Assembly: GCA_036172245.1 (NCBI GenBank) | Contig: JAYWIR010000040.1 | Coordinates: 434,001 to 498,000 of the forward strand | Origin: Raillietiella orientalis | Lineage: Eukaryota | Reading direction: 5' to 3' | Length of the DNA stretch: 64,000 nt | In this document: positions 46,708 to 58,671 of the stretch, piece by piece | How the letters are laid out: each line of letters starts with the position of its first letter | Position numbering within the stretch: the stretch's first letter is position 1 | Notes under the pieces: generated by a model | Database searches by the model: none | What the model was told of the DNA's origin: nothing | The model's input: the letters and a program-made list of their open reading frames with translations, nothing else | Made by a program: the position numbers and the translations under genes

Positions 46708-47100
46708 CTGCATTACAATCACACATTCTGTATCATACAAAAACTTGGGTTATTTAAGTATCAAAGTAAGGGAACAAAGGATCATTATTTTAAATATTAG
46801 AAAGTGTCGTGTTGCAGATTACAATATAAGCAAAAGCATTTGCAAAGCACTTAGTTCACAAAATTTAAGGGCACGAAAGTAAACCCTTAAATGCGGAAAA
46901 CGTTTGTAAGTACATTTGACAGAATTAATTGTGGGTGTTCTAATTGGGCTAATCAATTAATGTTGAATCAGTTAATATATATTAGCTTAATTAATGTACC
47001 TATAATTCGACAATCACAGTTTACACTGTTTTGGCTTGTCCTCATCACACAAATGTGCCTTCCACGCAATACATTCCCCGAATTCTGAGCGTACACTCAC
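46708..47100 (-). other. Putative 5'-UTR intron of DJ-1 (non-coding first exon would lie above 47100)
   Basis: Minus-strand GTGAGT donor at 47100-47095 and AATGCAG acceptor ending at 46708, about 90 nt before the ATG. Inferred from splice motifs only. Confidence 0.4.
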
Positions 47101-50100
47101 TCATTTATGAATGTAAAAAGAGAAGAAGCAAAATGTGAAGTTCATCCGCTTGTTAAAAAGATTTACGGTGATTTTGCATGAATTTGTATTGTATAAGCAT
47201 CACATCAAGGCAAGGGACACGGACCGGTAATTATGTGAAGTTACTCCTAAACGATGGTTGTTAGTTCGAGGGATGTTTTGGATGAACTTGAAACAAGAAA
47301 ATAATTATATCCCGCAACCAAACACACGAACAGTAGTTGAACACAAATGAAATCTATAAGAGTCGGGCAAACCAAATTTCATTTCGAAAATACTTTTTAA
47401 TGTTTGAAATCGATACCCTTGTAACACTACCTCCAAAGTTTAAATGAAGCATTTTTTGCACAAATTGTTCGAATGCAGAGAAAATTTGCAAACATTTCAG
47501 AACAAACGAGTGCAATTCGAGATGTTGGAAAAGTTGCATATGAATTTTACAACGACTGCAAGGGCGAAAAGGCAAAAAGCCACGTAACACGGAACTCAGC
47601 TGCAGCCAGCATCACCACCAGTCTTTAATTTCCGCCTTAATTACGGCTCATTTTAGTGTACGTACCGCCGGGGCGCGTACAAAGTTCACAACAGGTTTAC
47701 TTTCCTTTGCCGAATCACATCGATTGACGACACTCGGAATTTAAACTGATTTTAATCGGGCTTGTGTGTCCAATTGCAGGAGACGGAGTTGTTCTTTCCA
47801 TGCTGGAATTCGGTGCAACATCATTCAGATGATGCACACTGTCTCCACTCTCTCACTGCTTGCAGCTTCCGATGTTCAGCATCACTGCTGTACCATGGGA
47901 TCGACATTGCATTTACTAGAGTACACTGTATAATGGTCGTACCAGGAAGTGAGGGTCGCCGTTCTATCACATGTCGGACTCATCGCTTCCATAACAAGAA
48001 GTTGCTATTCTCATGCAAACTCTGGGAATTGTGTGTTTAATTGCTGCATTTTCACGATTTCAGTTTCTATTTCCCAAGAGGGAAGTACAAGTTATCGTCC
48101 AACATTTTTTAAAGGACGGGGAGAGATGCACTGTTTTTCCCTCATACCTTTTTAACATAATGACATGGCACTTCTCGAAAATAATCTCTTCCAAAAATGC
48201 ATCTTTCAGATGATCTATGTGCTTTTCCAGAATTTATTTTTGCATTTCTCTACTGCTTCCACTTGTTTTATTAATATCTTTACGCGCATTTCATAAGTTT
48301 TTCGAAACATTCAAAGGCGCTTTCTATTGTTTTTGCAGAATACCTTTATTTGTACAATCTTATTGAGCTTCGACTAACTACTATTTTTGGTAAAGGGGTC
48401 TATGAGGAGGAGCTGGAGATTGGATTTTCTGATCAGGACCTCGGAAAAACACGAAGATCTCTGAGCAAGCACTCGTGCTACGAGAATCTCTGCCTGCGAA
48501 CATCCTGAGGTTCTGCAAGCAGAACGGGCTGAGCTAGTGGGAAGAAGAGGAGGAAATGTCAAATGCTGCGACTGAACCTTGTTCCTTTGGAGATTTGAGA
48601 GGGCATTGAGGGAGAGAGTGCATTCACGTAGGCGGATTTCAAAGGACACGGTGAAGGGGTGGCTGACGGGAATCGACCCGATCGTCGAAAAAAAAGGGAG
48701 GGCGAGTGAAGAAGAGGCTGAGCAGACGTGGAAAGAAGGTTCGTGGAAGAAACATGAAACCTTGTCGAGGCGTCGCTAGGAACCTGGTGGTGGTGAGGAA
48801 GCATGTGCACAGCAGTATCTCAGTTTGTTTTCTGGAACGGTCAGGGTCCAATCTCAGGAAGAGCAACAGAAAAACATAGGAACAGAAAAAGAAAACTTCA
48901 AAGAAGGAAGAAAAGCAGCAGAAGTATGCAACAAAGCATCCTTTGCTGTTTGAGGAGCTGCATAGTCCACGGGAAGGAAGAAGGGGCTCGAAGGAGACAG
49001 GCAAAAGGATGAGCCTTACAGAAAAACCAGGGATGAAAGGAGGAATGCTTAGAAAAAGAGCGCATGAGGAAAAGATGAGAAGAGAAGACTAAAAAGAGAA
49101 AATCCGTCTTCAAGGGTGGCAGGTGGATGGGTAGGGTGGGTAGAACCTGGGAGGAGCAAAAGAAGTCAAGAATAGAGGGTCAAAAATGCATTTTCTTTGA
49201 AAGTTGCCTTCCTCTTCATTGTAAAAGTTCTCCTTTTTTTTCGGTTATAAGTGGTGTTTCCATCACAGGATCTGCTGCTCAAAGCGCGACGTGTCTTTGG
49301 GCCCAAAAGAAGTGTGGGAGGTTTCCAGGACCTATTGGCCAACACTTTTAGAACTATCAGGAAAGTCTTCTATGATCCCCTGATACAACCACAGGCCACG
49401 TTTCTTTTTCTCCAGCAACGCGGCAGCCCGAGAAACCTCGGAGAAAAACGATCGCGCAACCCAAAACCAGGAGGCTTGAAAAGGACCCAATGCCGGGCTC
49501 CTTGCTATTCCTAGGGTGCCGAAAGATGCTCCTCTGGTGGACAGGGAGCACACCCAGGATCTGCAGTCTTCTCGAGAAAGGGTCGGCCGGCCTTCGAACC
49601 TGAAGTAAGATCCTGGTGCCGACTTTATGAAATCTACAAGCACATTCTGGTGGATCCGGTGGGCGCTGCAGCCCCATGCAGCAGCACCTGCTGGATGCTT
49701 TCCCCACGAGTGCACTCGCAGGACTTCTTGGTAGCGGCCTCTCATGGCGAGGAGGGAAGCTCTCCCTATAGAGGACCACTGCGTCTCATCCCCGCCCTGC
49801 ACATCTGAATCTGCAGGTGCTGCTGCTCTTTCGGTGCTGCTGCATGGGAGCGGCGGGTGGATGAACAGGGGTACCACTGCGTGCAGCAGGACGAGGCAAG
49901 GGGATTAGGGAGGAAACGCCGCTTCGCACGGTGTCCCGGATGGAGCGCGGTCACGAGATCTGCATCGCGCACCTTCTCCCGCAGGGACCAGTGGGGGAGT
50001 TATCAAAGGACCAAAGTTTGGCCCTCGATTTGGCAAGTCCTCGTCTCATGGTGCGCAAGAGGGCCTCCACGGAAGAGGGGGCTCAGGAAATTGTCCTGCG

Positions 50101-53100
50101 GACCCGCTCGGCGTGCACCCTGCATACTGCTTCACTCTTGCATCCTGGCAAAAGCCATTTGCACAAGTTGCGATAGGTGCGAAGTGGACGGAGGTCAGTG
50201 TGAGATCATCCGAGAAATGCACCCAGGTCCCAGGCGGTGTTCGTCGGAAATCATCTCATCCAAGATTGATGGACCACTTACCTAAAATGGATGAATAAAA
50301 TTACTGCAGCGACGGACGGGCCCAGCATGCGTGGCTCGAGGCGAAAAGAGCCAACCTCCCCGGGAGCAGAACAAAAGAGGGAGTAGAGGAAGGATGGTGG
50401 ACAAATGAATGGAAAATGGGATGGATGGACCGTCCTCAGAGTGACGAACACGGTTTCCGCAGGCGTGGGTAGGACGGAGACGTAGTGGTGGTTGTAGAGT
50501 AAAGAAAGCATTCATCTGTTTACGCTGCCCTCAGTGGTGCTGAGGCACCTTTGCATGCAGGTGAGGTCGATTGGGAACTGTTCCCTCCAAATGATGGCCA
50601 CCCTCTTCCATTTCTGAGCTCACTGCTGCATGCACGTGGCAGAGGATCCCCCGCTAAGAAACGATTGCTAAGCCCGGGGAAGTGGATATGCCTCTTCGGG
50701 AAAGTTCCTTGGGAAAGCAGCATCGGAGGGATTGAAGTGTCCCTAAGATACGCCTCCATCCCTACTGCAGCACGGAACATCCCGGAGACCGCACCTGCGG
50801 AAGAGTCCTCCGCGGTGGGTACGTCGCTCGCCTCGAAGGAGCCCGAGGTACATCGGCAATATGGCGGGGTGTGCGGGCATCTTGTTGAATGCGCTAGGAG
50901 AGGCTTGAAACTGCTTCTCAGCCACGATGGTTCGAGAAACTCCCCCTTCAAGGGAATGCCAGTTTCAGGGCTGCATGCAGATCCTGCCATTCGCGTTCAA
51001 CGCCGAGCTGCTTTCCTCCCCACAAACTGTGTCTTTCCCACGCCCACTCACGACAGACCAACACCGATCTTCAGACACACAGATTTGGTATGCCATGTAC
51101 GACGACAAATGTGGGATCGGATCGTGGAAAGCGGGGCGAAGAAACGCCTCTTGGCAACCACTTGAGCCTCTGCTGTTCCGGTGGTCCACCGCCCCGCTCA
51201 GGTAGCTTGTGTGGAAATTCGAGCGATAGAATGGAGTCTTCGATCACGGACCCACTGTCCGCTATCCATAGAAATGTCAAGTCCATCCACTGATGCGACT
51301 CTGGTTCGTCAGATGCTCCGGCAGAACCTGCATCCTCTTCTGGAAACTCTCTTCTTCGGAGGGAAGCACCTGGAAAGGAGGGCCTCTGGCGACGGCATCA
51401 ATGCAAAGACCACCCTAATGTCTCGGCGGCTGGTCATAAAACTCAGGATGTCCTGCCGAAGGTCCTCTGGCAGCTGTTCATGCTGCCCTATGGCCCAACA
51501 TGCGTCCCTAGTGCACATTCCGGATATGTTGGCACACGATCCATCGCTTGCGGTTTTCTGCAAGGGCGAGGAAGAGCCTCTGTGCGCGCCGGGGCTTTCT
51601 TCGTCTCCCAGGTTCCCAGTGGTCTCACTAGAACAGGTGCGCCCTCTGCCGGAGCGACAGCCTTCTGTGATTGACCTCCTCTCCTAGCAATTTGCACTGA
51701 ATTTTCTCGTTGCGTGCGTCCCTTTTGCTGATGCGTCCGTTGCAGTGGCTGAGTGAAAAGAGATTCGTGTCCAGCAAAGATTGGTTCTTGAAGGTGTTTT
51801 CTCAAGGGATGTGAACTGTAGATGGGAAGAATCCCTTGCCGCCACTTTTGGTGCCCAGAGAAGAGCACAGACGAAGCAGCCAATCTGATCCTTGTAGTTT
51901 CCGCCTCCAAGAAACCTGACGAAAGTTTTCTTCAGCAGGGATCTTCATGTTCTTTCTGGTACATCTGGAGCCAAATGCGCTCTGGATGCAGCCTTCTTTT
52001 CTTTTCTTTTTCCAATCAAAGACAAAAAGACTCGCCCTCCATCCGCGAAGAGGTCAGTCTGCCTAATCAATCAGTTAAAGGGGAATTTCACCTTTTGCTG
52101 TCTTTCTGCTTTTTGCTTCCCGGTCGACCCAGGACCGCAGTTGCGGACAGCGCCGATGCTGATTGCTGTTCCTGTTTACGAAAATTGCTGCTGAAATTCC
52201 AGACAATGGGCCCATTTCACTCATCACAAAGGGGCGAAACAGCCGCTTCCTCAAAGCGAGCAGAAACGAGGAAGCAGCATGGAGTGTCAATTGCCACAAA
52301 GTGCCAGGAAAAGGGGACATTAAAGAGGAGGGACAAAGGGAACCCGGGAGAAAGCGAATAGGGTTGAAAAGAGCACTTCCGCCGCGCTTTCAGTCTCAGT
52401 GCTCTTTGCACCGCAAGTTTAATGGTGTGTTGCGAACAGAACGGACAAGTGTTGCCTGGAAGACACCATTTTCTGCATGGGCACGAAGATGGCCGCACAC
52501 GCTTCATCCAGGGAAAGCTCGTGGCCCGTTCCCAAATCGCTCCTTGAAGAATCTTGGACACGAGAACACGAAACCGCAACGGAAATGGAAAAACCCAAGG
52601 CTGTTTGATAGTTTATAGTTTATAGCAACTCTGTCTCGAGTGGCTGTCTGGTGGTTTAGCTGGAGGTGGTTTCTCAAGGGAAATGGCCTGTATGTAGGTG
52701 GGAAGAATTACCTTGCTGCCACTTTTGGCGCACGCATTATAAAACCCTGAAATTGTACCCAGAGATTGCGTTCCAGACCGCCAAGTTCATCCTCTCATGT
52801 TTCATGGTTCTCAGATGCCCCAGACGCTCCGCAAAGCAACAGTCGAGAAGCAGCAGCAACAGGAAAGTGATTCTTCGTTTGCTTCTTCTTGGTAGCGCTC
52901 CGCCCGAAGGATGCGCGACATCTGTCCGCAGAACCACTGATGAACGCCTCGAACCTCGTAAAAGACATCCTTCTGAGTTCCTTTTAGCTTCGAGAATATT
53001 CTTTGCTCTCAGACCGAGGAAGGATCCATTCGCGTGATGGAGAATCCCATGACGTGGCAAACGTGGGCGCGACAGCACGCTATGGAGAAATCCCGCACGC

Positions 53101-53279
53101 AGGTTCTTTCGAAAGTTCCTTTAAAACTCCGGAACGGATGCCGACCGTGGATTCGAGGGATCGGCCACGGCGACTTGCCCTGCCGCTCGACTGGTTTTCC
53201 ATTGCGAGAGTGAGAGGTGTGTGCTTCCTGACAGTTGGAATTCCAGCTTCCGTACCCGAAGCGAGGTTCTTCCTCCTTC

Positions 53280-54180
53280 CCCCTCTTGTCGGTCCACGAG
53301 CGCACGGCGAAATCTGATTCTCCACGTTCTCCAGCATCCAGTCCATCCAACCACGACGATGTATTTGGCGATCCCATCTCCGCCACGGCTGATCCGAATC
53401 CAAAACACTTGGAAGACGCATCCAGAGACTCTCTCGGGCAGTCCATCCAACCTCGCAGCTTTCCCTACAGACTTTTTCCACTCTTGCGCCTGGAGAGGGA
53501 TCCTCGAAGTCAATCCCCTTCCTTATTCCCTCCGGAGGAGTCCGCTCCGAAGGGGATCCGTTATCCGTTATCTGGAGGGCACCCTCAAGGGATACGCTCC
53601 TGTTTGCTCCTCCAAACCCAGAAGGGAGAGGCACGCTTCTCTGCACTCTGGAGAGGTGCCACACTTCATGATACCAGCGGAGGGTTTCCCCCTTCGGGGG
53701 GGCCTGCCCCTTTGCACAACCAAAAGGGAACTACCCACTCCTTGGTTCTGTTTCATGGAAGGACCCTGGCGGGTCACCTCCCAATCCCTGTCACTCATCG
53801 GGGGTATCCGGTTTTACCCAATACCGGTGCCGCATCGGTATGAATGTAGGCCGAACAGCGTCATCTTGCAGGTGGAACTCGAACCCACGACGTGCCCTTC
53901 TCCCGGAGTCGATTTCTTCGGGGTATTCGAACTCTCAACGCCTGGTGGTTCCACGCGTGGAGACCGCAGCCACGTGGCCTCCGACGCGGGGAAAACGAAC
54001 TGCCTACCCTACAGCTACCTTTTGCCACAGCCCTACTGCCACAGCCACACTGCATTCTGCGGACTGGACGGGGGACTCTGGGCATTGCCGAAGCAATCCT
54101 GCTCCTCTCTTTCCCCCTCTCCCATAAGGGACGATGGAATTGCAACAGATTTTCGCCGAATTTCATTCGAGTGCGTTTGA
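53280..54180 (+). mobile_element. Possible decayed non-LTR (LINE) reverse transcriptase fragment
   Basis: ORF 53221..54180 has ordered weak echoes of LINE RT motifs: RST, RRGSVI (PQGSVL), GKTNCL (NxxKT), GIATDFRRISF (GIxLDxxLxF). No intact YADD. Confidence 0.22.
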
Positions 54181-55989
54181 TGGACGTTGCCGAAGCAACC
54201 CCTACCTGCTCCCCCATCCGTCCCGATTTCCGCGTTGCAGTGGCGGCGATTCCTGTTGAGTTTCGCTGCCACTCTCGGCTTCGCGTGATTTTTTTTTTTT
54301 TTTGTCTCGTTCGAAATTCGTCCATTTGGCCCGTACGCTCGCCTAACATCTGGCTCAGACCCAAGAATTGCGAAACGCTGCCTTAGAATGGAAAAGAAAA
54401 AGAAAAAAAAAGCAGAATTTTGACTCAGGTGATGCAATTCATTTGCAATAATTCCTGATGAAGCTTCCTAAACGAAGATGCTTTGCCTCCTCTCTTGAAT
54501 CAAGATGCGGGGAGCACTTTCTCACAAGTGCAGTTGTGCATGAAAGTGCATTGAACACACCTGCTTGTGTGCGTATCGATGTTTTTTTTTTTTTTTTTCC
54601 CTCTGCTCGAACTGAGGTCATCCGGATGCTTTAGAAGGACAAAACCCTGATCATTCTCCGAAAGACACCCCGCGGCCATCGCCCGCTGACCAGCGAATCC
54701 AGCATTGCTTTGCCGGGCAGCTGGGGAACGGAGTTTTCGAAGCACAGTGCTGCACTCTGCCACCGCGCGGCAGTACTTGGCTCCAGTAGGCACGGAATGC
54801 AGCGGCCGAGGTTTACCGAAGCCGTCAGGGAAGAGTTTCTTTTTCTTAAACAGGGCGCGAATCCGCCTGCGTATCCACCCGTCCATCCGCTGCTGGTGGT
54901 CAGCCGCCGATTCGGATGAACCTTCCTGCTCGACGGATGCAGAGCCCAGGCGAACCTGCTTCCCTTCCTCTCTACTCACGACCGGGCTCCAGCGAGCTCG
55001 TCTTCGGCGAAAAGAGATGCGGGGCTGCCCTTGGGAACCAGCTCCATCTCGGAGGAAGCACCGCGCGCGCTGGCATCTCTCCTTTCTCGGATCCGCCTCT
55101 CTCTGGGGAGCACCGCAAGTTCAAACGTGAGGCAATCGTCCTTCATCTGCTCGAGCTGAGCTGCACAGAGCCGGGGAGCTCTCCATGTTTGCATGGTGCC
55201 TCGGTTCCGACTGTCGCAACTCCCAGCGTTTAGAAATGATATGCGGGAGTTCCCAAGTGTTCCGAATCCTCCACGTACGAGCAAGAAATCCATCCACGTT
55301 CCTTACAGGAAGATCGTCCGACGTCCGCTTTCTCCTCCTTTCGAAAAATAGCTTTAAAGCTCGGGCATCCGTCCAGACCTCCTCCTCTTGACCCCGCCTG
55401 CCCTTTGCGCCATGTCTTATGCAAACGTTGCAGAATGGTGATGTAAAATTTTCGGTGCTTCACACGGGCTGGCGGTTCCCACAGGGCACAGAGACCTTGC
55501 TCTGCTGCCTGTGCTTAACAGCTCACGAAGGGAGGAGTCACTCCCTTCGTAAGCTGTTCGGAGCATTCTTTCTATGAGACTGAGAATGCAGGCCCTTGTG
55601 ACAACACCTCGGAGCGGATGCCTGATCTCCGAAAATGCATCGGAAAAAAAAGAAAAAGAAGATAGATTTTCCTTGAGAAGGGCCAAAAAAAGCACAAGAA
55701 TGCCAGAGTGATGCATTCGTGAAGAAATTGGTAGCGTGGATGATGCAGCCGCAGACCTCGAAGCTGCTTAAAGAGAATGGTTCGTTCTTCGGGATGCGAG
55801 CGAGCTGCTCTCGTAAGGAAGGAAGCGTTAGGTGGAGGGGTGTGCCTGAAAAAAAAAAAGAAAAAGAGGGATAAAAATATTAGAGGGATATATAAAAATT
55901 TAAAGGAGATTTCTGAACAAAGGACAGAGTTTAGTAGTAGGAAGATGCAGCGGATGCAACCACCATTGGATGCACGTTCCCCTTTCTGA

Positions 55990-56160
55990 ATAGGGCACGA
56001 ATAGGTTCCCACGCATGACGTTTGAGGAACGGAGCTGATCCGTGGAGCCTTGCCATGCAGATTTCGTGAGCAGATTCCCCAAAGGGTGCTTCGAATGCTA
56101 CCGGGGTCACAGGAAGCCATCAACTTGCGCCACCAATCTGGGATTGTAAGGACTTCAGTT
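55990..56160 (-). mobile_element. Decayed hAT transposase C-terminal dimerisation-domain fragment
   Basis: Minus-strand translation IPDWWRK...NLHGKAPRISSVPQTS followed, with a frameshift, by GNLF. Resembles the hAT consensus WW..PxL...AxxxLSxPATSxxxERxFS. Recognised by eye only. Confidence 0.35.
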
Positions 56161-58561
56161 ACGTTCCTCTTCTGGAGCAGCTGGTTCTTCGACAGTCCTA
56201 TCCCTCTGCCACTTGGTCTACCTGATCCATAAAGGAAGGACGGCTCTAGAAGGCTACCGTGGATGTTCACTGAAAGATTCACACTAAGGCAAAGGAAAGC
56301 CGTTTTAGCCCTCTGGAACGGAGGGACTCCAGCCTGATTGGAGAAGCAAAACCAGAAAGACATGTAGGAAGAAGGGGAGGAGACGGGAGGAGTTTTATCT
56401 TCTCGAGAAAACAAACCGGGACGCAGTGCTCTACCGTGCTGGTTGGTTGGCTGCATCCGAGCGAGGTGGTCATCGAACGGACGGTCTCCGTTGCTGCCAC
56501 GTGGGAGAGTGGTTTGGGGCTCTCGCAATCATTCACAGAACAGTGGCGCAACACGAAGGAAGGATTGAGTCACAAGAGCAGTCCCAACGATGCTGGCCTA
56601 GTGGTGAAAACTTCCGACTGTAGGAGGCCGTTGGCCATCTATTGATCACTTCTTACCTTGAGGACAGGAACCGTCAAGATCCGCTAGGGAGGCCCTCACC
56701 GTTTCCTTCGCAAAAATCCCCACAAGAAGAAAATGAATCGTGCGTGGATGAGTGGACACTCCGACTCGACAGCTCTTCCTGCTTAATAGAAATAGGCGTT
56801 TTCCCTCAATTTCATCCTGTTCAAGCGCAGACTCCGCACCCCTTCTTCCTTCCTCCTTCTCCCTTTTCTTCTCAGCTTCGGTTGCTGCGTGACCTCCTCT
56901 TCCTTTCACTCCATCCAGAAGCCTCTCTGCCTCTCTTCGGAGGTCTAGGTGAGGCACCCCACCCGAGCAAGCCACGAGCTGGAAACCCATGCGAGAAATT
57001 CACGCTGATCCGCAGCGATGCTGGTCCGATCGGGCCTCTCTCATCTCTCCTTTTCTCTCGCAGGCGTTGCCTCTATCGGAGCACTCTGTTGCTTCTCGTC
57101 TGAGAAAGATCATCCTACCGCGAGCGACCGAGGCGAAGGTGAGAAAGTGAGGCTCCAGCCTACGCCGCTGACCGAGCGTTTCCTGCTGGCAGCCCTGCAT
57201 CGTCGGATTCGTTCTCCCACTCGGATCTCCTCGCTCTCTCGCTCAGTCTGCTGCAGAGCGCCTGAGCCCCAACTTCAGCACGGCGGCGGCTTGCCGTCCA
57301 GGAACGGGGGCAACACCGGCGGGACCGCCCAACTCCGAATCCTGGGAAAGGAGGCAGCCGCTCGAGATACGGATGTGCGGCTGTCAGGCTGCGCAGGACG
57401 CCCTTCTCACAGAAATCCACTACATCCCTGCATCTCTCAGAGAAGAGGTTCGATGCCCGTTTTCCTGTTTTCGTCCGGGAAGGTTCTTGAATAGGGCAGG
57501 TTGATCGAGAGAACTTCGCTCCGAAGCAGGAGAGTGCGAGGTGAGGACGCGGTGCAGAGGTGCCTGCCTACAGGAAGCTCGGACGCATGTGGAAGCCCAG
57601 CAGGTGCTGAAGAAGGGAGCTCCGACGGGGCACTTCTGCTCTTGCCTAGATAACACCGAATCTAATCTGAGGCTGCATGTGCTCCAGCATTCAGTGGGGG
57701 AGCACTTGGTCTTTGGCTCCTTGGAAAGATTGGGGGGAGAGGAGGGGTGAGAATGCCCTCTCTAGCTCGTTGCTTGTGGCTCGCTGCAGAGGGCGTATGT
57801 GCCGCTGCCGGAAGCCCCTTGAAGAAATGGCATGCCGAAAGAGAATGAGGCAGCCCGCAAAACGAGTAAAGCGCCTTTTCCAGCCTCCGGGATCTTTCCG
57901 GATTCTAATCGGCCTCGTAAGCCTTGACTCCTCAGGAAAGGGGAACGTACAGGGTCCCTTCCCACAGGCGACCACTCTGTTGGGGAAGCAGCGGATTGCG
58001 AAGGTGGCCAGCAAACGGGGAAAGAACCTGACTTCAGAGGGGAGGTTCGGAGAGGCGTGGAGGAAGATGTGGGAGAGACCGAAAGAGGAAAAGCGGGCTG
58101 ACCTCCTGCAACGGAGGGCTTCCAGGATCCGGACATCGTCCCGGGAACGAACGACGTGGATCCGACCCTGTTTTCTTGCTCTGAGGAGCAAGGAAAGCGG
58201 GATGAAAATTGAAAGGAGGAAGCAAGCCGACAGCTGCCGTTGACGCATTCCATGCAAGCAAAAAGCGTTTCGCAACGCAGGCTACCCACAGGATCGAGTG
58301 GGGAGAGGACGGGGAAGGGGGTTGCCTCAGAAACGGCGCGCTTCCAGCAGATGGTTTATGTGGGAAATATCAATGAAAAGGAGCTCGTTTCCAGAAAATG
58401 CTTCCAGGAAGAGCACCCTTAGCTTTTTCGAAATGCTCATCTTGGGGTGTACTTTCCTGCTGCAACACATGAAAATCGGGCGGAGCAACCTACCGCCGCC
58501 CGGGTAAGCGGACCTGGGTTGCCTGGAAACTGAGCAAGGCACTTATGCACTCCAGCTCTGC

Positions 58562-58671
58562 GCGGCGGACACAGCAACGGAGATCTCGGCAACGCACTCT
58601 GGAATGCAAAAGAAGTGCAGCTTTTGCATTCCAAAGGGCATCGTCGAGATCTCCGTTGCTGTGTCCACCGC
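58562..58671. repeat. Long inverted repeat/hairpin (46 bp core arms, 41/46 identical, 8 nt loop)
   Basis: 58567-58612 ggacacagcaacggagatctcggcaacgcactctggaatgcaaaag versus the reverse complement of 58621-58666, ggacacagcaacggagatctcgacgatgccctttggaatgcaaaag. Confidence 0.9.

Noticed and set aside
47762..48040. Cys/His-rich ORF divergent from DJ-1
   Set aside because: No ATG start, only a weak upstream donor, and no recognisable zinc-finger spacing. A divergent non-coding transcript cannot be excluded.
56590..56650. tRNA-like A-box TGGCCTAGTGGT followed by CTGTAG
   Set aside because: No B-box or T-arm and no cloverleaf; at most a SINE relic.
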